Shown: piece by piece, positions 27,854-40,223 of the stretch
Numbering within the stretch: position 1 is the first letter of the stretch
How the letters are laid out: each line of letters begins with the position of its first letter
Source: Eledone cirrhosa
Taxonomy: Eukaryota
DNA length: 64,000 nt
Direction: 5' to 3'
Assembly (NCBI GenBank): GCA_964016885.1
Contig: OZ024749.1
Span: forward strand, 6,696,001-6,760,000
The notes under the pieces: generated by a model
The model's database searches: none
Seen by the model: the letters and a program-made list of their open reading frames with translations, nothing else
What the model was told of the DNA's origin: nothing
Program-made: the position numbers and the translations under genes

Positions 27854-29256
27854 ATGTTACATAATGCAAAATGGAAAGGTTTTATCATGTCACTACAAAG
27901 AAACAGATGCATTTAGTATCAGTTGTAGTAATAATTAGTCAGGCGGTGAATTGGAAGAATCAGAATGTTGGATGGGATGTTTTCTGGTATTTGTTCATCC
28001 TTTCTAGGTCGATAAAGAAAGTACCAGTCTAGTACTGGGGTCGATTGTTCCTCAATATCTCTTTCTCGTTTCCTCTCTACCACCGTCTATTTTTCTCTGG
28101 AAGAAATCTGCTGTAATCAGGCCTGGAGAGGGATGGGCTCCGCCATTCTTAAAATACCCGAGAGATGTCATATGTCAATATGGCGCCTCTACGACTATCA
28201 GGAGTTACGGGACTAAGAAGCACTAACTGATATAGCTTACATTAATGGAAGGTTTGTGGCTTGGTGGTTATAGTATTAGATTCACAATCATGAGGTTGTG
28301 AGTTTGATTCCAGGGCTGTGGGATGTGTTATTTCCTTGAGCAAGATACTTTATTCCACATAGTTCCTTCTGCCAGGACTTGTAACCAGTATATGATAGAT
28401 ATTATTCGCAATTGGAAAGACCAACAGGGCCCTGTGCTTAAGCAGAATGGTAAATCTTACACTGCTAACAGCGCACAGTTTGGGAATCATTGTCTTAGAT
28501 CAATATCTCAACTACAGAATAGACTGGACCTCTGATGGTTTCAATGATGAATCTTTTAGTTGTGCAATTGATGGAACAGACTGTGCTTCTTAAATTAATA
28601 TGTAAATGGCAGAGCATTCCACAGACAACGATGACATAATTCTCAGGGAGATTCAGTGTAACACAGTGGGTGATGAGGTTAGTCAGTTGAATTGCAGGAA
28701 TAGTCTATCCACTCGATTTCTAGACTGAAGGCTATTGTAAAAGACACGTGATTCACAAGAAGCCACATTATCAGTGTGTTCAAACGCTAGGACCTTTGGA
28801 TCACAAATTGAAATTCTGAGACATTCATACATGCCACTTCTATACTACATATATATATCATCGTAAATTCAGCAAGGATAGACACCTCATATTACTTACT
28901 CAATCATCATTTGAAAACATTGCAGGTGCTAAAATAAAACTTGTATTTCAAAGGCAACAACAACAAACTCACAGAGCACCAAAAGACTTTAAAGCTACAT
29001 TGAAATGCAGTTAAAACACTAATAAAAATATTCAAATGTTATGAAAATTTGTGTCATTATCATAATTGAAACACACATTAGCAAATTTTCCTGAGTGGCA
29101 CTACACCTTCTGATGCTCAACAAAACAATGATCAATCATTTTGTATTCTTAATTATTCATTTATGTATTTTAAAAAAATTGTAATTATCATATATATAAT
29201 ATAACATAATAATAATAATATAATAATAATAATAATAATATTTATATATATATATA

Positions 29257-29294
<38 letters not shown>

Positions 29295-29302
29295 CGTGTG
29301 TA

Positions 29303-29361
<59 letters not shown>

Positions 29362-29386
29362 CACAGCAATTATTACAGTTGTATGT

Positions 29387-29473
<87 letters not shown>

Positions 29474-30285
29474 ATATATTATATATATATTAAATCAGTT
29501 CATTATTATTATTATAGAAATTAATATTATTCATATGATTTAGTATGTTGTATATGAATTAATATTCAGTGTGACAGTATGTGTGTGTGTGTTTATTATG
29601 TGTGTGAGTGTGTGTGTGTTTATGATGTGTGTGTGTGTCAGTATGTGTGTCTGTGTGTGTGTTTATGATAATGAATGCAAAATAAATTTGGGAATATATT
29701 CACAATATGAATATTTTATAACATGGCAGCATAATTATAATACATTATACATACATATATATGTATGCATATATACACATACATACATATATATATTTAT
29801 TTACATGCATATATATGTATATATATATGTATATATATATATATATATATATAAATATACATACATATAATTCCATATATACGAATATATATCTATATAC
29901 ATAACTATATATATATACTTATAAACATGTATGCATATATATATATGTATATATATATATAAATATACATACATATAATTCCATATATATGTATGTATAT
30001 ATATATATATATATGTATATGTATACACACAGCCACATGCATGTATATGCAGAGACATGTTCAATCTTTCATATATATATGAAAAGAAAAGAAAGAAACA
30101 TAAAATTGTTATTACATATCAGAACATTGACGTCTGCTATTACATGTAATCTAAGAAAGAGAGGACACTAGCAGACGATAATTTAAGACATCAATAATAA
30201 TGGACTTCTATTATTGATCTATCAGGGATTATCAATATCAGCTTACGTCTTCATTTTATTTCATTTTTGTATATTTGTTGTACTT

Positions 30286-30374
<89 letters not shown>

Positions 30375-30378
<4 letters not shown>

Positions 30379-33300
30379 CCCTGCTGTATTAGCGATAAAT
30401 TTTCGAGGGTTTCTCTTAGTAGCTTTTTCATGTCGTTAATATTATGATGTTCCCTGCTGTATTAGCGTTAAATTTTCCCTGCTGTATTAGCGATAAATTT
30501 TCGAGGGTTTCTCTTAGTAGCTTTTTTCATGACGTTATTATTGTTAATTTTACTGATGTAGTATTAACTTGGATATTTACCATGCGACCCTCAGTTCCTA
30601 CCTCACAATTTCCCTCCCCCCCCACCCCCCCACACCACCATAGTCTATTCGACCAATCAAACCTAGCATGCCATTTCCACTGCTGCTGCTGCTACTACCT
30701 GCCTAACTAACTCTCTCCTCCTCTGGCGCATCCCAACACACCCTGCCATTACCCCACCACCACTGTCCTTCTAGCCCTCAATTTTCCCACCGTTATGGAT
30801 GGATGAGCTGGGAATACACGAGCAACTCTGAATCAATAGATGAAATATGAATCTGCGAGCTACCAAGCACCCACGTGAAGCGCCAACCCAGAGACCCTCC
30901 CCTACGAGTGTCGACAAATGCCCAAAACTCCGAGTTGGTACCATCAATGTAGGCTCAATGAAAGGAAGAGCAGGAGAAATCGTAGAAATGCTAGAGCGAA
31001 AGGAAGTTGATGTATGCTGTGTGCAAGAGACTAGATGGAGAGGAGGGTCTGCTAGAGTCCTTGTAGGAAAAAGCCAGTGCTACAAATTTTTCTGGGTGGG
31101 AAATGACGATGGGATGGGTGGTGTAGGTATACTATTAGCTGACAAGTGGGTAGATAAAGTAATCTCAGTGTACAGGGTAAATGCAAGAATCATTAAACTC
31201 AGACTAGTCCTGAATAAGACAATTACCACAATAATATCAGCTTACGCACCCCAATCGGGGCTGCCAGACGAACTTAAGGATAGGTTTTACGAGTCCCTAA
31301 TACACACTACTGCTCTAACAGACGACAAGGACTTCCTAATCATTGCAGGAGATTTTAACGGACACGTAGGTAAACACTGCGACGGCTTCAATAGAGTACA
31401 TGGAGGCCATGGAGTTGGCACAAGGAATGAGGAAGGATTCAGACTTCTAGAATTCTGCGACGCCAATGACATGTCGATATGTAACACAAACTTTAAAAAA
31501 CCCGACAACCACCTGATCACCTATAGATCAGGGGAGCACTCTAGTCAGTTAGATTTTATCCTCATCAGAGGACGTGACAGATGGACGGTCGTAAACACAA
31601 AAGCCTTCCCTAGTGAGGAATGTACATCCCAACATAGCTTAGTTGTCAGCGACCTCACGGTCAGAACTAGACGAGCCCTGAAACAGAGGCCAACCTGGAG
31701 AAGAAAGATCTGGAAGCTGAAAGTCCCCTCAACCAGTAACAGATTTAAAGATATTTTACTCAACGCCTACGACAGTAAAGAAGAACAGATAGAGACATTT
31801 AACGTAGAAGAGAACTGGGAGTTCCTAAAAAATAACTTACTAGAGGCGACGGATGAGGTTTGTGGCTGGAGTAAGACTTCAAGCAGGAGGAGAGTGACTT
31901 GGTGGTGGAACAATAAGGTAGATGAAGCAGTCAAGGCCAAGAGACAGGCATGGAAAGAATGGAAGAACGGGGGGAGCAGGGTACATTACATAGAGACCAA
32001 GAGGGAAGCTAGGCGACAAGTATACTTAGCTAGGAGGGAAGCAGAGGATAGAAAATTCAAGCATGTTTTACAACGTGAGGACCAGAAACAGGAGGTATTC
32101 AAGATTGCGAGGCAGTGTGTCAGAGATAGTTGTGATGTCATTGGAGAGAAGTGTATCCGGAATGATAAAGGTGAGCTTGCCCTCACAAGTGCTGAGAAGA
32201 AAGATGCATGGAAGAGTCATTATGATAGATTACTAAATGAGGAGAATGCATGGGAAGAAGAGACCCTACCCCACGTAGACCCTATAGAGGGACCAGCAGT
32301 ACAAGTCAGCGGCAGCGTAGTAAGTAAGGCAATCAGAGATGTGAAGATAGGGAAGGCAACCGGTCCATCGGGTATAGCTGCCGAGATGCTGAAGGCATCT
32401 GGGTCTGTAGGTCACACTATAACCACACGTATCGTTAACCAGGTAATACTAGAGGGGGCCATACCAAAAGATTGGTGCAGTAGCATCATTGTCAACTGCT
32501 ACAAAGGTAAAGGCGATGCACTAGATAGAGGAAACTATAGAGGTATAAAGTTGATGGACCAGGTCATGAAAGTAACAGAAAGAGTTATAGCACAGCTGAT
32601 TAGGGACCGGGTGAATATAGACGAGATGCAATTTGGGTTTGTTCCAGGGAAAGGCACCACTGATGCGCTCTTCCTTGTGAGGCAATTACAGGAAAAGTAC
32701 CTAGCTAAAAGTAAGCCACTCTACTTGGCATTTGTCGACCTTGAGAAAGCCTTTGACAGAGTTCCACGTGCAGTAATCTGGTGGGCTCTTAGAAAACTAG
32801 GAGTAGATGAATGGCTTGTGAAAGCGGTACAAGCCATGTATAGGGGAGCAGTCAGCAAAGTTAGGATTGGCAATGAGTATAGCGAGGAATTTAGCGTACA
32901 GGTTGGGGTCCACCAGGGCTCTGTTCTTAGCCCTCTCCTGTTCATCATAGTCCTGCAGGCAATAACGGAGGAGTTTAAGACCGGATGCCCATGGGAACTC
33001 CTGTATGCTGATGACCTCGCACTCATAGCTGAATGTATGGTAGAACTAGAGAATAAATTCCAAACCTGGAAGCAGGGACTAGAGAGAAAGGGCCTCAAAG
33101 TCAACATGACAAAGACTAAGGTCCTTATAAGTAGACGAGAAAACAGAACCCAGATCCCCTCAGGGAAATGGCCTTGCTCAGTATGTAGGAAAGGTGTAGG
33201 TAGGAACTCCATTTTTTGCCCCAAATGCAAACAATGGGTACACAAGAGATGTAGCGGGATCTCAGGAAGCTTAATTAAGAATGTAGGATTCACATGCAGC

Positions 33301-34269
33301 AGCTGTGCTGAAACAGCAAGCAAACAGCCACAGGAAACAAGTACCACCAATCTCTGGGAGGGCCCTGTAGAAACAGTAGACAGCTTCTGCTACCTAGGTG
33401 ACCGAATTAGCAACGGAGGTGGGTGCTCAGAAAGTACAATAACTAGGGTAAGAACGGGATGGAAGAAGTTTAGGGAACTACTACCACTGCTAGCTGCAAA
33501 AGGCTTCTCCCTCAGAATGAAAGGCAGACTGTATGATGCGTGTATCCGAACAGCGATGTTGCATGGTAGTGAGACCTGGGCGCTGAAGGTGGAAGACTTA
33601 CGTAGATTAGAGAGAAACGAAGCCTGCATGCTCCGATGGATGTGTAACAGTAATATACGTGAACGACAAAGCATAAATGAATTGAGAGAGAGACTGAGCA
33701 TAAGAGGAATCAAATGCTGCGTGCAGGAGAGGCGGTTACGCTGGTATGGACATGTGATGCGTATGAAGGATGACAGCTGCATAAAAAGGTGCAGAGCACT
33801 AGAAGTTGATGGAAACCGCGGAGTGGGGAGACCCAAGATGACTTGGGATGAGGTGATAAAAGCCGACCTTACCCAACTACACCTCTCAAAGTCAATGACA
33901 CACGACCGTGACTTCTGGCGTCACGCAGTAATACAGGGTACCCGACCTCCCATGGGTACATGCTGAAGCATATAAACAATATGCCCCCCCCCCCCACCGC
34001 AAGGTGGTCGTGGAGGTGCCACGGCAAAAAAGCACCCAGCCCACACTGTAAAGTGGACGTGTAGGCGCCACGAAAAAGCACCCAGCACTCACTGTAAATG
34101 AGGTTGGTGTTAGGAAGGGCATCCAGCTGTAGAAATCAAGCCAGATCAGTTCCTGTATGAGCAAGGCATGGTCAGCCGACCAGACACTGCCCACAACAGG
34201 ACAACCCGTCTAACCCATGCTAGCGTGGAAGAACGGACGTAAAACGGTGATGATGATGATGATGATGAT
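30375..34269 (+). mobile_element. Apparently full-length RTE-clade LINE flanked by (TA)n
   Basis: 5' region with tandem duplication (5' limit uncertain), single intact ORF, 3' UTR, (GAT)n tail. Confidence 0.9.
30847..33966 (+). CDS. LINE ORF: AP endonuclease + reverse transcriptase + PHD-like zinc finger
   Basis: GTINV, VQETRW, AYAP, GDFNGH, SQH (EN); NYRGIKL, QFGF, FVDLEKAFD, QGSVLSP, YADD (RT); CSVC..CPKC..HKRC..CSSC; RRLRWYGHV. Confidence 0.96.
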   Translation: MNLRATKHPREAPTQRPSPTSVDKCPKLRVGTINVGSMKGRAGEIVEMLERKEVDVCCVQETRWRGGSARVLVGKSQCYKFFWVGNDDGMGGVGILLADKWVDKVISVYRVNARIIKLRLVLNKTITTIISAYAPQSGLPDELKDRFYESLIHTTALTDDKDFLIIAGDFNGHVGKHCDGFNRVHGGHGVGTRNEEGFRLLEFCDANDMSICNTNFKKPDNHLITYRSGEHSSQLDFILIRGRDRWTVVNTKAFPSEECTSQHSLVVSDLTVRTRRALKQRPTWRRKIWKLKVPSTSNRFKDILLNAYDSKEEQIETFNVEENWEFLKNNLLEATDEVCGWSKTSSRRRVTWWWNNKVDEAVKAKRQAWKEWKNGGSRVHYIETKREARRQVYLARREAEDRKFKHVLQREDQKQEVFKIARQCVRDSCDVIGEKCIRNDKGELALTSAEKKDAWKSHYDRLLNEENAWEEETLPHVDPIEGPAVQVSGSVVSKAIRDVKIGKATGPSGIAAEMLKASGSVGHTITTRIVNQVILEGAIPKDWCSSIIVNCYKGKGDALDRGNYRGIKLMDQVMKVTERVIAQLIRDRVNIDEMQFGFVPGKGTTDALFLVRQLQEKYLAKSKPLYLAFVDLEKAFDRVPRAVIWWALRKLGVDEWLVKAVQAMYRGAVSKVRIGNEYSEEFSVQVGVHQGSVLSPLLFIIVLQAITEEFKTGCPWELLYADDLALIAECMVELENKFQTWKQGLERKGLKVNMTKTKVLISRRENRTQIPSGKWPCSVCRKGVGRNSIFCPKCKQWVHKRCSGISGSLIKNVGFTCSSCAETASKQPQETSTTNLWEGPVETVDSFCYLGDRISNGGGCSESTITRVRTGWKKFRELLPLLAAKGFSLRMKGRLYDACIRTAMLHGSETWALKVEDLRRLERNEACMLRWMCNSNIRERQSINELRERLSIRGIKCCVQERRLRWYGHVMRMKDDSCIKRCRALEVDGNRGVGRPKMTWDEVIKADLTQLHLSKSMTHDRDFWRHAVIQGTRPPMGTC

Positions 34270-34422
34270 ATATAGATATATAGATATAGATATATATATA
34301 TATATATATGTAGGAGGTGAGTTTTATTGTAGTACAATAAAGCAATGCAGATATCGGATAAGAAGCACTCAACAGTTTGTAGGACTGGAGTATACATAAC
34401 ATATAAGATCAAAAGATGGTTA

Positions 34423-34635
34423 CGCTGTAATGTGGCCGTGTAGGCAACACGGTAAAAACCTCCCAGACCCACACTGTAAATGTGGTTGGTGTTAGGAAGG
34501 GCATCCAACTGTAGAAAACCTGCCAGACAGTCCTATGCGAGCAAGACAATCACTCTTGCCTCAAGTGGGAAAACCCCCGTCCAAACCCATGCAAGCGTGG
34601 AACACGGACGTTAAACGTTGATGATGATGATGATG

Positions 34636-34637
<2 letters not shown>
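34423..34637 (+). mobile_element. RTE 3' UTR fragment; further RTE 3' fragments at 36152-36571 and 43336-43588
   Basis: Near-identical to ~6514-6723; (GAT)n tail. Confidence 0.85.
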
Positions 34638-34666
<29 letters not shown>

Positions 34667-34704
34667 TATATATATTTATATATATATATATATATTTAAA
34701 ATAT

Positions 34705-35034
34705 GGAGGCATATGGCTTAGTGGTAAGAGCATTGGCCTTGTAATCGAAAGATTGTAAGTTCAATTCTCAGACCGGGTGATGTGTTGTTTCCTTGAGCAA
34801 GACACTTTATTTCACATTGCTCCAGTTTACTCAGCTGTAGAAATGAGATGATAGGGCCTGGGGTCCCTATCATTCCACTGCAAAGTGGTTGTGGAGGTGC
34901 CACCGCAAAAAAGCACCCAGCACTCACTGTAAATGAGGTTGGTGTTAGGAAGGGCATCCAGCTGTAGAAATCAAGCCAGAATCAGTTCCCGTCCCACCCT
35001 TGCGGACGTAAAATGCTGATAAAATGATGATGAT
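34705..35034 (+). mobile_element. SINE family A
   Basis: ggaggcatatggcttagtgg head, tail shared with RTE. Confidence 0.9.
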
Positions 35035-35111
35035 ATTTAAAATATTTATTTATTTATGTTACTCATTGTCAACTAGAAGTCTAAAGTTACAAGACTACAC
35101 ACGTGTATATA

Positions 35112-35147
<36 letters not shown>

Positions 35148-36570
35148 CATATATATTTATATATATATATATATGACCCTCCCCTATATATATATATAGG
35201 GGAGGGTCATATTTGTGTAATAATATTGCCAATATTAATATATATATTTATACACACACACAAAATAATTTTATTTTGCATATATATATATATACTTGTG
35301 TATATATATATATATATCTTATACCAGCACTAACATCATATCAAGTCAAAAGCTTCAACTACTACTACTATCACCACCACTACTACCACCACAGTTGCCG
35401 CCAATACCACCACCACCACCACCACCACCACCACCACCACCACCACCACCACCACCACCACCACCACCACCACTACTACTACCACTACAGTTATAAATAG
35501 AACTAAATCAACATCAACAGTGCATGTTGATGAAATATTAAAGTAATTTTTGCGATACTAAATTTTCAAAGGATATATGATGATGTTGTTGTTGTTGTAG
35601 TTGTTGTCTGCCTCTAATCTATACATCCAGATGTCTTGCTGAGATCTTTAGTAATAACTGTCATATTAATTTCACGTCTATGATTGAAATATGTCAGTAA
35701 TATATATGACGCTAGCAACATATCTGTTTTGCTGGGAGGGTTGACTTGGTTTAGAAGGATGTATGTGGCTTAACTCTTCCCTCAGAAGCTGCTTTCTTCT
35801 GCATGTGATCCAATGTAAGAAGTGTATGGATTATCTTTGCTTGAAGTTAGGGTTGGCTTTAGTTTGATATAGATATGTTGCTTTCAAGTAAAAGCAATTG
35901 ACAGTTTTAGTTACACCAACACACACACACACACACACAAAAACACATATATATTACTTAAAATACATAGCAGCAAGGCAGGTGTTTTCATAGGCACTCA
36001 GTGTTTCCTGATGGTATCCAATTCACCACAGCCAACATATGCTCAGTTGGAATCTATTTTAAGTAATATTAATTACCTCAGTGTTTACATATCAAGAGGT
36101 CATTCCTTCATAATTACAATCCACACTCAGTTAATGATTTGTATATATATATGACCTTGCCCAACTACACCTCTCTAAGACAATGACACTGGATCAAGAC
36201 CATTGGCACCACGCAGTTGTACAGAAGAGCCGACTACCATTGCATAAAGAACCTACAGTCAGTAGACACCTCTTAACTCAATGTACACCTCACCACCACA
36301 CCCTACACCACCCACCCTCACTGTCCGCTGTGTCGATGACACAACAGTCCACACTGTAAGGTGGCCGTTTAGGAAACACAGTGAAAAGGCTCCCAGTCCA
36401 CACTGTAAATGTGGTTGGTGTTAGGAAGGGCATCGAGCTGTAAAAGAAACCTGCCAGAGATGCTTCCGTGAGAGCGAGACATGGTCTCCCGACCATTCCC
36501 ACATCAAATGGAACAAAACCTTCCAACCCATGCTAGCGTGGATGATGGACATTAAACGATGATGATGATG

Positions 36571-36604
<34 letters not shown>

Positions 36605-36619
36605 ATATATATGAATATA

Positions 36620-36669
36620 TACAGGGCTTCCTGATGATTTCTCCCAAATGAAACAGTTCTAGCCCTGTA
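36620..36669 (+). ncRNA. Degenerate hammerhead motif in a TA-embedded element (~36620-36762)
   Basis: tacagggct..CTGATGA-ttt(ctccc)aaa-t-GAAAcagtt..agccctgta; mismatches next to the core. Confidence 0.5.
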
Positions 36670-36953
36670 GAAGCCATTTTCATATAAAATATTCATACTC
36701 TGCTATGCATTGAGTACCTTAATTACTGTGGTTACCCCTAGTTAAACCTGGGATAAACTTTTATATATATATTTATATATATATTCGACTTAGCATATAT
36801 ATATATATATATATAATCATCATCATCATCATAATTTAACGTCCATCTTCCACGCTTGCATGGGTTTGGACAGGAATTTTCTCACCAATCTTGCCTCAAG
36901 TGGGAAAATCCCGCCCAAACCCATGGCTGTTAAATGATGATGATGATGATGAT

Positions 36954-36984
<31 letters not shown>

Positions 36985-37649
36985 GCTACTCGAAAAATTT
37001 AACAAATCTCAAAAATTTCAAACTAAATGAGTTCACATTTGTCTTTCTATGTGTGTCTCTCTCCCACTCTCCCTCTCTTTCTTTCTCTATATATCTATCT
37101 ATCTATCTATCTATCTCTCTCTCACATACTCTTTTCCTATGTCCTCCTCTTCTTTTCACCCTCTGATCAACATCAAAAGACAATCAGCATTTTGCACCAC
37201 ATTAACTTGCAACAACATACAACATAACAACAACAACATACAACATAACAATAACAACAGCAACAACATACAGCATAACAACAACAACATACAATATAAC
37301 AATAACAACAACATACAGCATAACAACAACAACAAAACACAGACAAACAACAACAGTGAATATATAACAACAACAACACACATACAACAATAAACAAACA
37401 ACTCAACACAACAGACATACCAGAACAATAACAAACATACCAAAACACCAACAACAACACCACCACCAACAACAAACATACAACAACAACAACAGCAGCA
37501 CAACAACATTATAACTAGTACTGTTGTTTGGTTTACAACAACTTCACTTCTCAACTTATTTCATCTCTATTTTCCTGTACTCTCATCTCCAGTGATATGT
37601 TTGTCCTCTCACTCTCTTTACACACACACACACCTATATATATGTACAT

Positions 37650-37686
<37 letters not shown>

Positions 37687-37695
37687 ATATATATA

Positions 37696-37884
37696 TAGGA
37701 AAAAGTATGACCCCGACGGCAGAGCTCAAGCCGTTTCGACGGCTATTTCTGGAGTCCAGAAATAGCCGTCGAAATGAGCTCTGCCGTCGGGGTCATACAT
37801 TTTCCTATTACCCACTTTACTACCCTAAGTATTGAGTACTCTCGTGCGTTATGGTCCATCTGGTTTCTTACCACAACTCCTTCG

Positions 37885-37885
<1 letters not shown>
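37696..37885 (+). mobile_element. Foldback pseudo-LTR-like element; sister copy 40309-40510 in opposite orientation
   Basis: Inverted arms centred on ttctgga-g-tccagaa; shared unique 3' part; TA flanks. Confidence 0.7.
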
Positions 37886-37918
<33 letters not shown>

Positions 37919-39037
37919 CTTTGTCTCTTCCCCTCTCTCTCTCTCTCTACCCCTCCCCTTCCCTACTCTCTCTCCACCCTCTCTTCTTCTCCCTATATCT
38001 CCCACCCTCTCTCTCTCTCTCTATCCACCCTTCACTCTCCATCTTTCTCTCTCTAACTTTCACCCTCTACACCCACACCCACGCCACCCTCCCCTACCCC
38101 CACTCTCCCCTTATCCTCCCATTATCCTCCCCATACCCACTCTACCCTCATCCCCACCCCACCCCCACAACACCCTCCACCTCCCAGTTTTGTTACAGTT
38201 CCAATTGGTTAAACATTCTTTTATCAAATGCTACACTTTTAACATTAAAACAGACTTTAATTCCTGTTTCCCTCCATAACAGCTTTCGACTCCATCTTAT
38301 CTGCTGCTTCTTTCAGTTGGTTTTGTGCAGAGTTTTTTTCAGATATTTTATGTGTTTAAATATTTGTTTGTTTGGTTGGTGTTTTATGTGAATGAATCAG
38401 AGGAAGGAGACAAACATACAACAACAGCAACAACAACTGTTATATATACAACAACAAGAATAGCAATAACAACAACAGTAACAACAACAACAGCAACAAC
38501 AACTGTTATATATACAACAACAACAGTAACAACAACAGCAACAACAACTGTTATATATACAACAACAACAGTAACAACAACAGCAACAACAACTGTTATA
38601 TATACAACAACAACAACAGTAGCAATAACAACAACAACAACTGTTATATATACAACAACAGTAGCAACAACAACATCCACCACCACCACCACTATCACCA
38701 CCACCAATAATACCACCAATACCACCACCACCACCACCACCAATACCACCAGTACCACCACCACCACCACCAATAATACCACCAGTACCACTACCACCAA
38801 TACCACCACCACCCCCACAGCAACAACAATATCAACCACCACAACAAGAATCACAGTAACAACAACAACAACAACAACAACATAATATCATACAAAAGCA
38901 TCAAAAGAGTTGTTTTATTTAATACGAGTTTAGATTTAATAATATATATTGAATGATATATATATATATATATATCAAATATATATATCTATATATATAT
39001 AACTGATATATATATCATCTCTCTCTATATATAAATA

Positions 39038-39095
<58 letters not shown>

Positions 39096-39740
39096 ATAGA
39101 TCTTTGGCTAAACATCATCAACAGCAACAAAACAAAAAATATATATAAATACTATGAACTTCGATAATTGCTCTATACACACACACACATATATATACAT
39201 ATATATATATCATCCTCATTATATATACACCACCCCCATACATACATATATGTATATACATATATGTATATACATATATGTATATACATACATATATACA
39301 CATATACATACACACACACACACATATATATATATCATCCTCATTATATATACACCACCCCCATACATACATATATGTATATACATATATATATACATAC
39401 ATATATACACATATACATACACACACACACACATACATATATATACACATATATATAGTTTTCCCACGTGCACCATTTTTTGGAATTTTTGTTATATTAA
39501 CATAATGACTGGGTTTTTTTTTAATCTATCATTTTCATGTTAATTAAATACACTATTAAATATTCTTCATTATCAATTTATTTTTTCTCATTAGTTTCTT
39601 TTTTAGTGTACAACATTTTCTTCTGTACTTCATTTAACATACATACACATACATATACATATATATATATATTAATTATTTATATATATATATATATACA
39701 CACACAAACACATACATATACATATATAAATTATTTAGAT

Positions 39741-39810
<70 letters not shown>

Positions 39811-39979
39811 TCATACACATCTATGCTAATACGTATCTGTATTTTCTGCATTTATTCCACATGGCTGTTAGCAGCAAATGTAGAAAGAGACAAAAAGTAT
39901 ACTCTTAGCTATGTGTTAAATCTAATGATATATATTGATATACATGTATGCATACACCCACTCGCACCCCCACCCCCCC

Positions 39980-40011
<32 letters not shown>

Positions 40012-40156
40012 GATGAGATTCTACAGGACTAGAACTGTTTCATTCATTATACTCTGCTATGTATTGAGTACCTTACTTATTGTGGTTACCTCCGATTCAA
40101 CCCGGAATAACGTATATATGTATAAGATCAAAAGATGGTTAAAGGAGTTCCATGTA

Positions 40157-40223
40157 TTTTATTATGCGCATTTCAAAAACAAACATCATCATGCAATAAT
40201 ATTTGTGTTTTCATCAGATAAAA
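40157..40223 (-). ncRNA. Complete type-I hammerhead ribozyme
   Basis: ttttat-CTGATGA-16-bp stem II (one mismatch)-GAAA-tgcgca-TA/ataaaa; stem III palindrome ATGCGCAT. Confidence 0.8.

Noticed and set aside
26826-27869. 347-aa repeat protein
   Set aside because: Open frame arises from the 93-bp unit; no unique coding flanks
28900-28928. Possible 29-nt minus-strand microexon with good AG/GTAAGT signals
   Set aside because: No recognisable coding similarity; such signals are frequent by chance in AT-rich DNA
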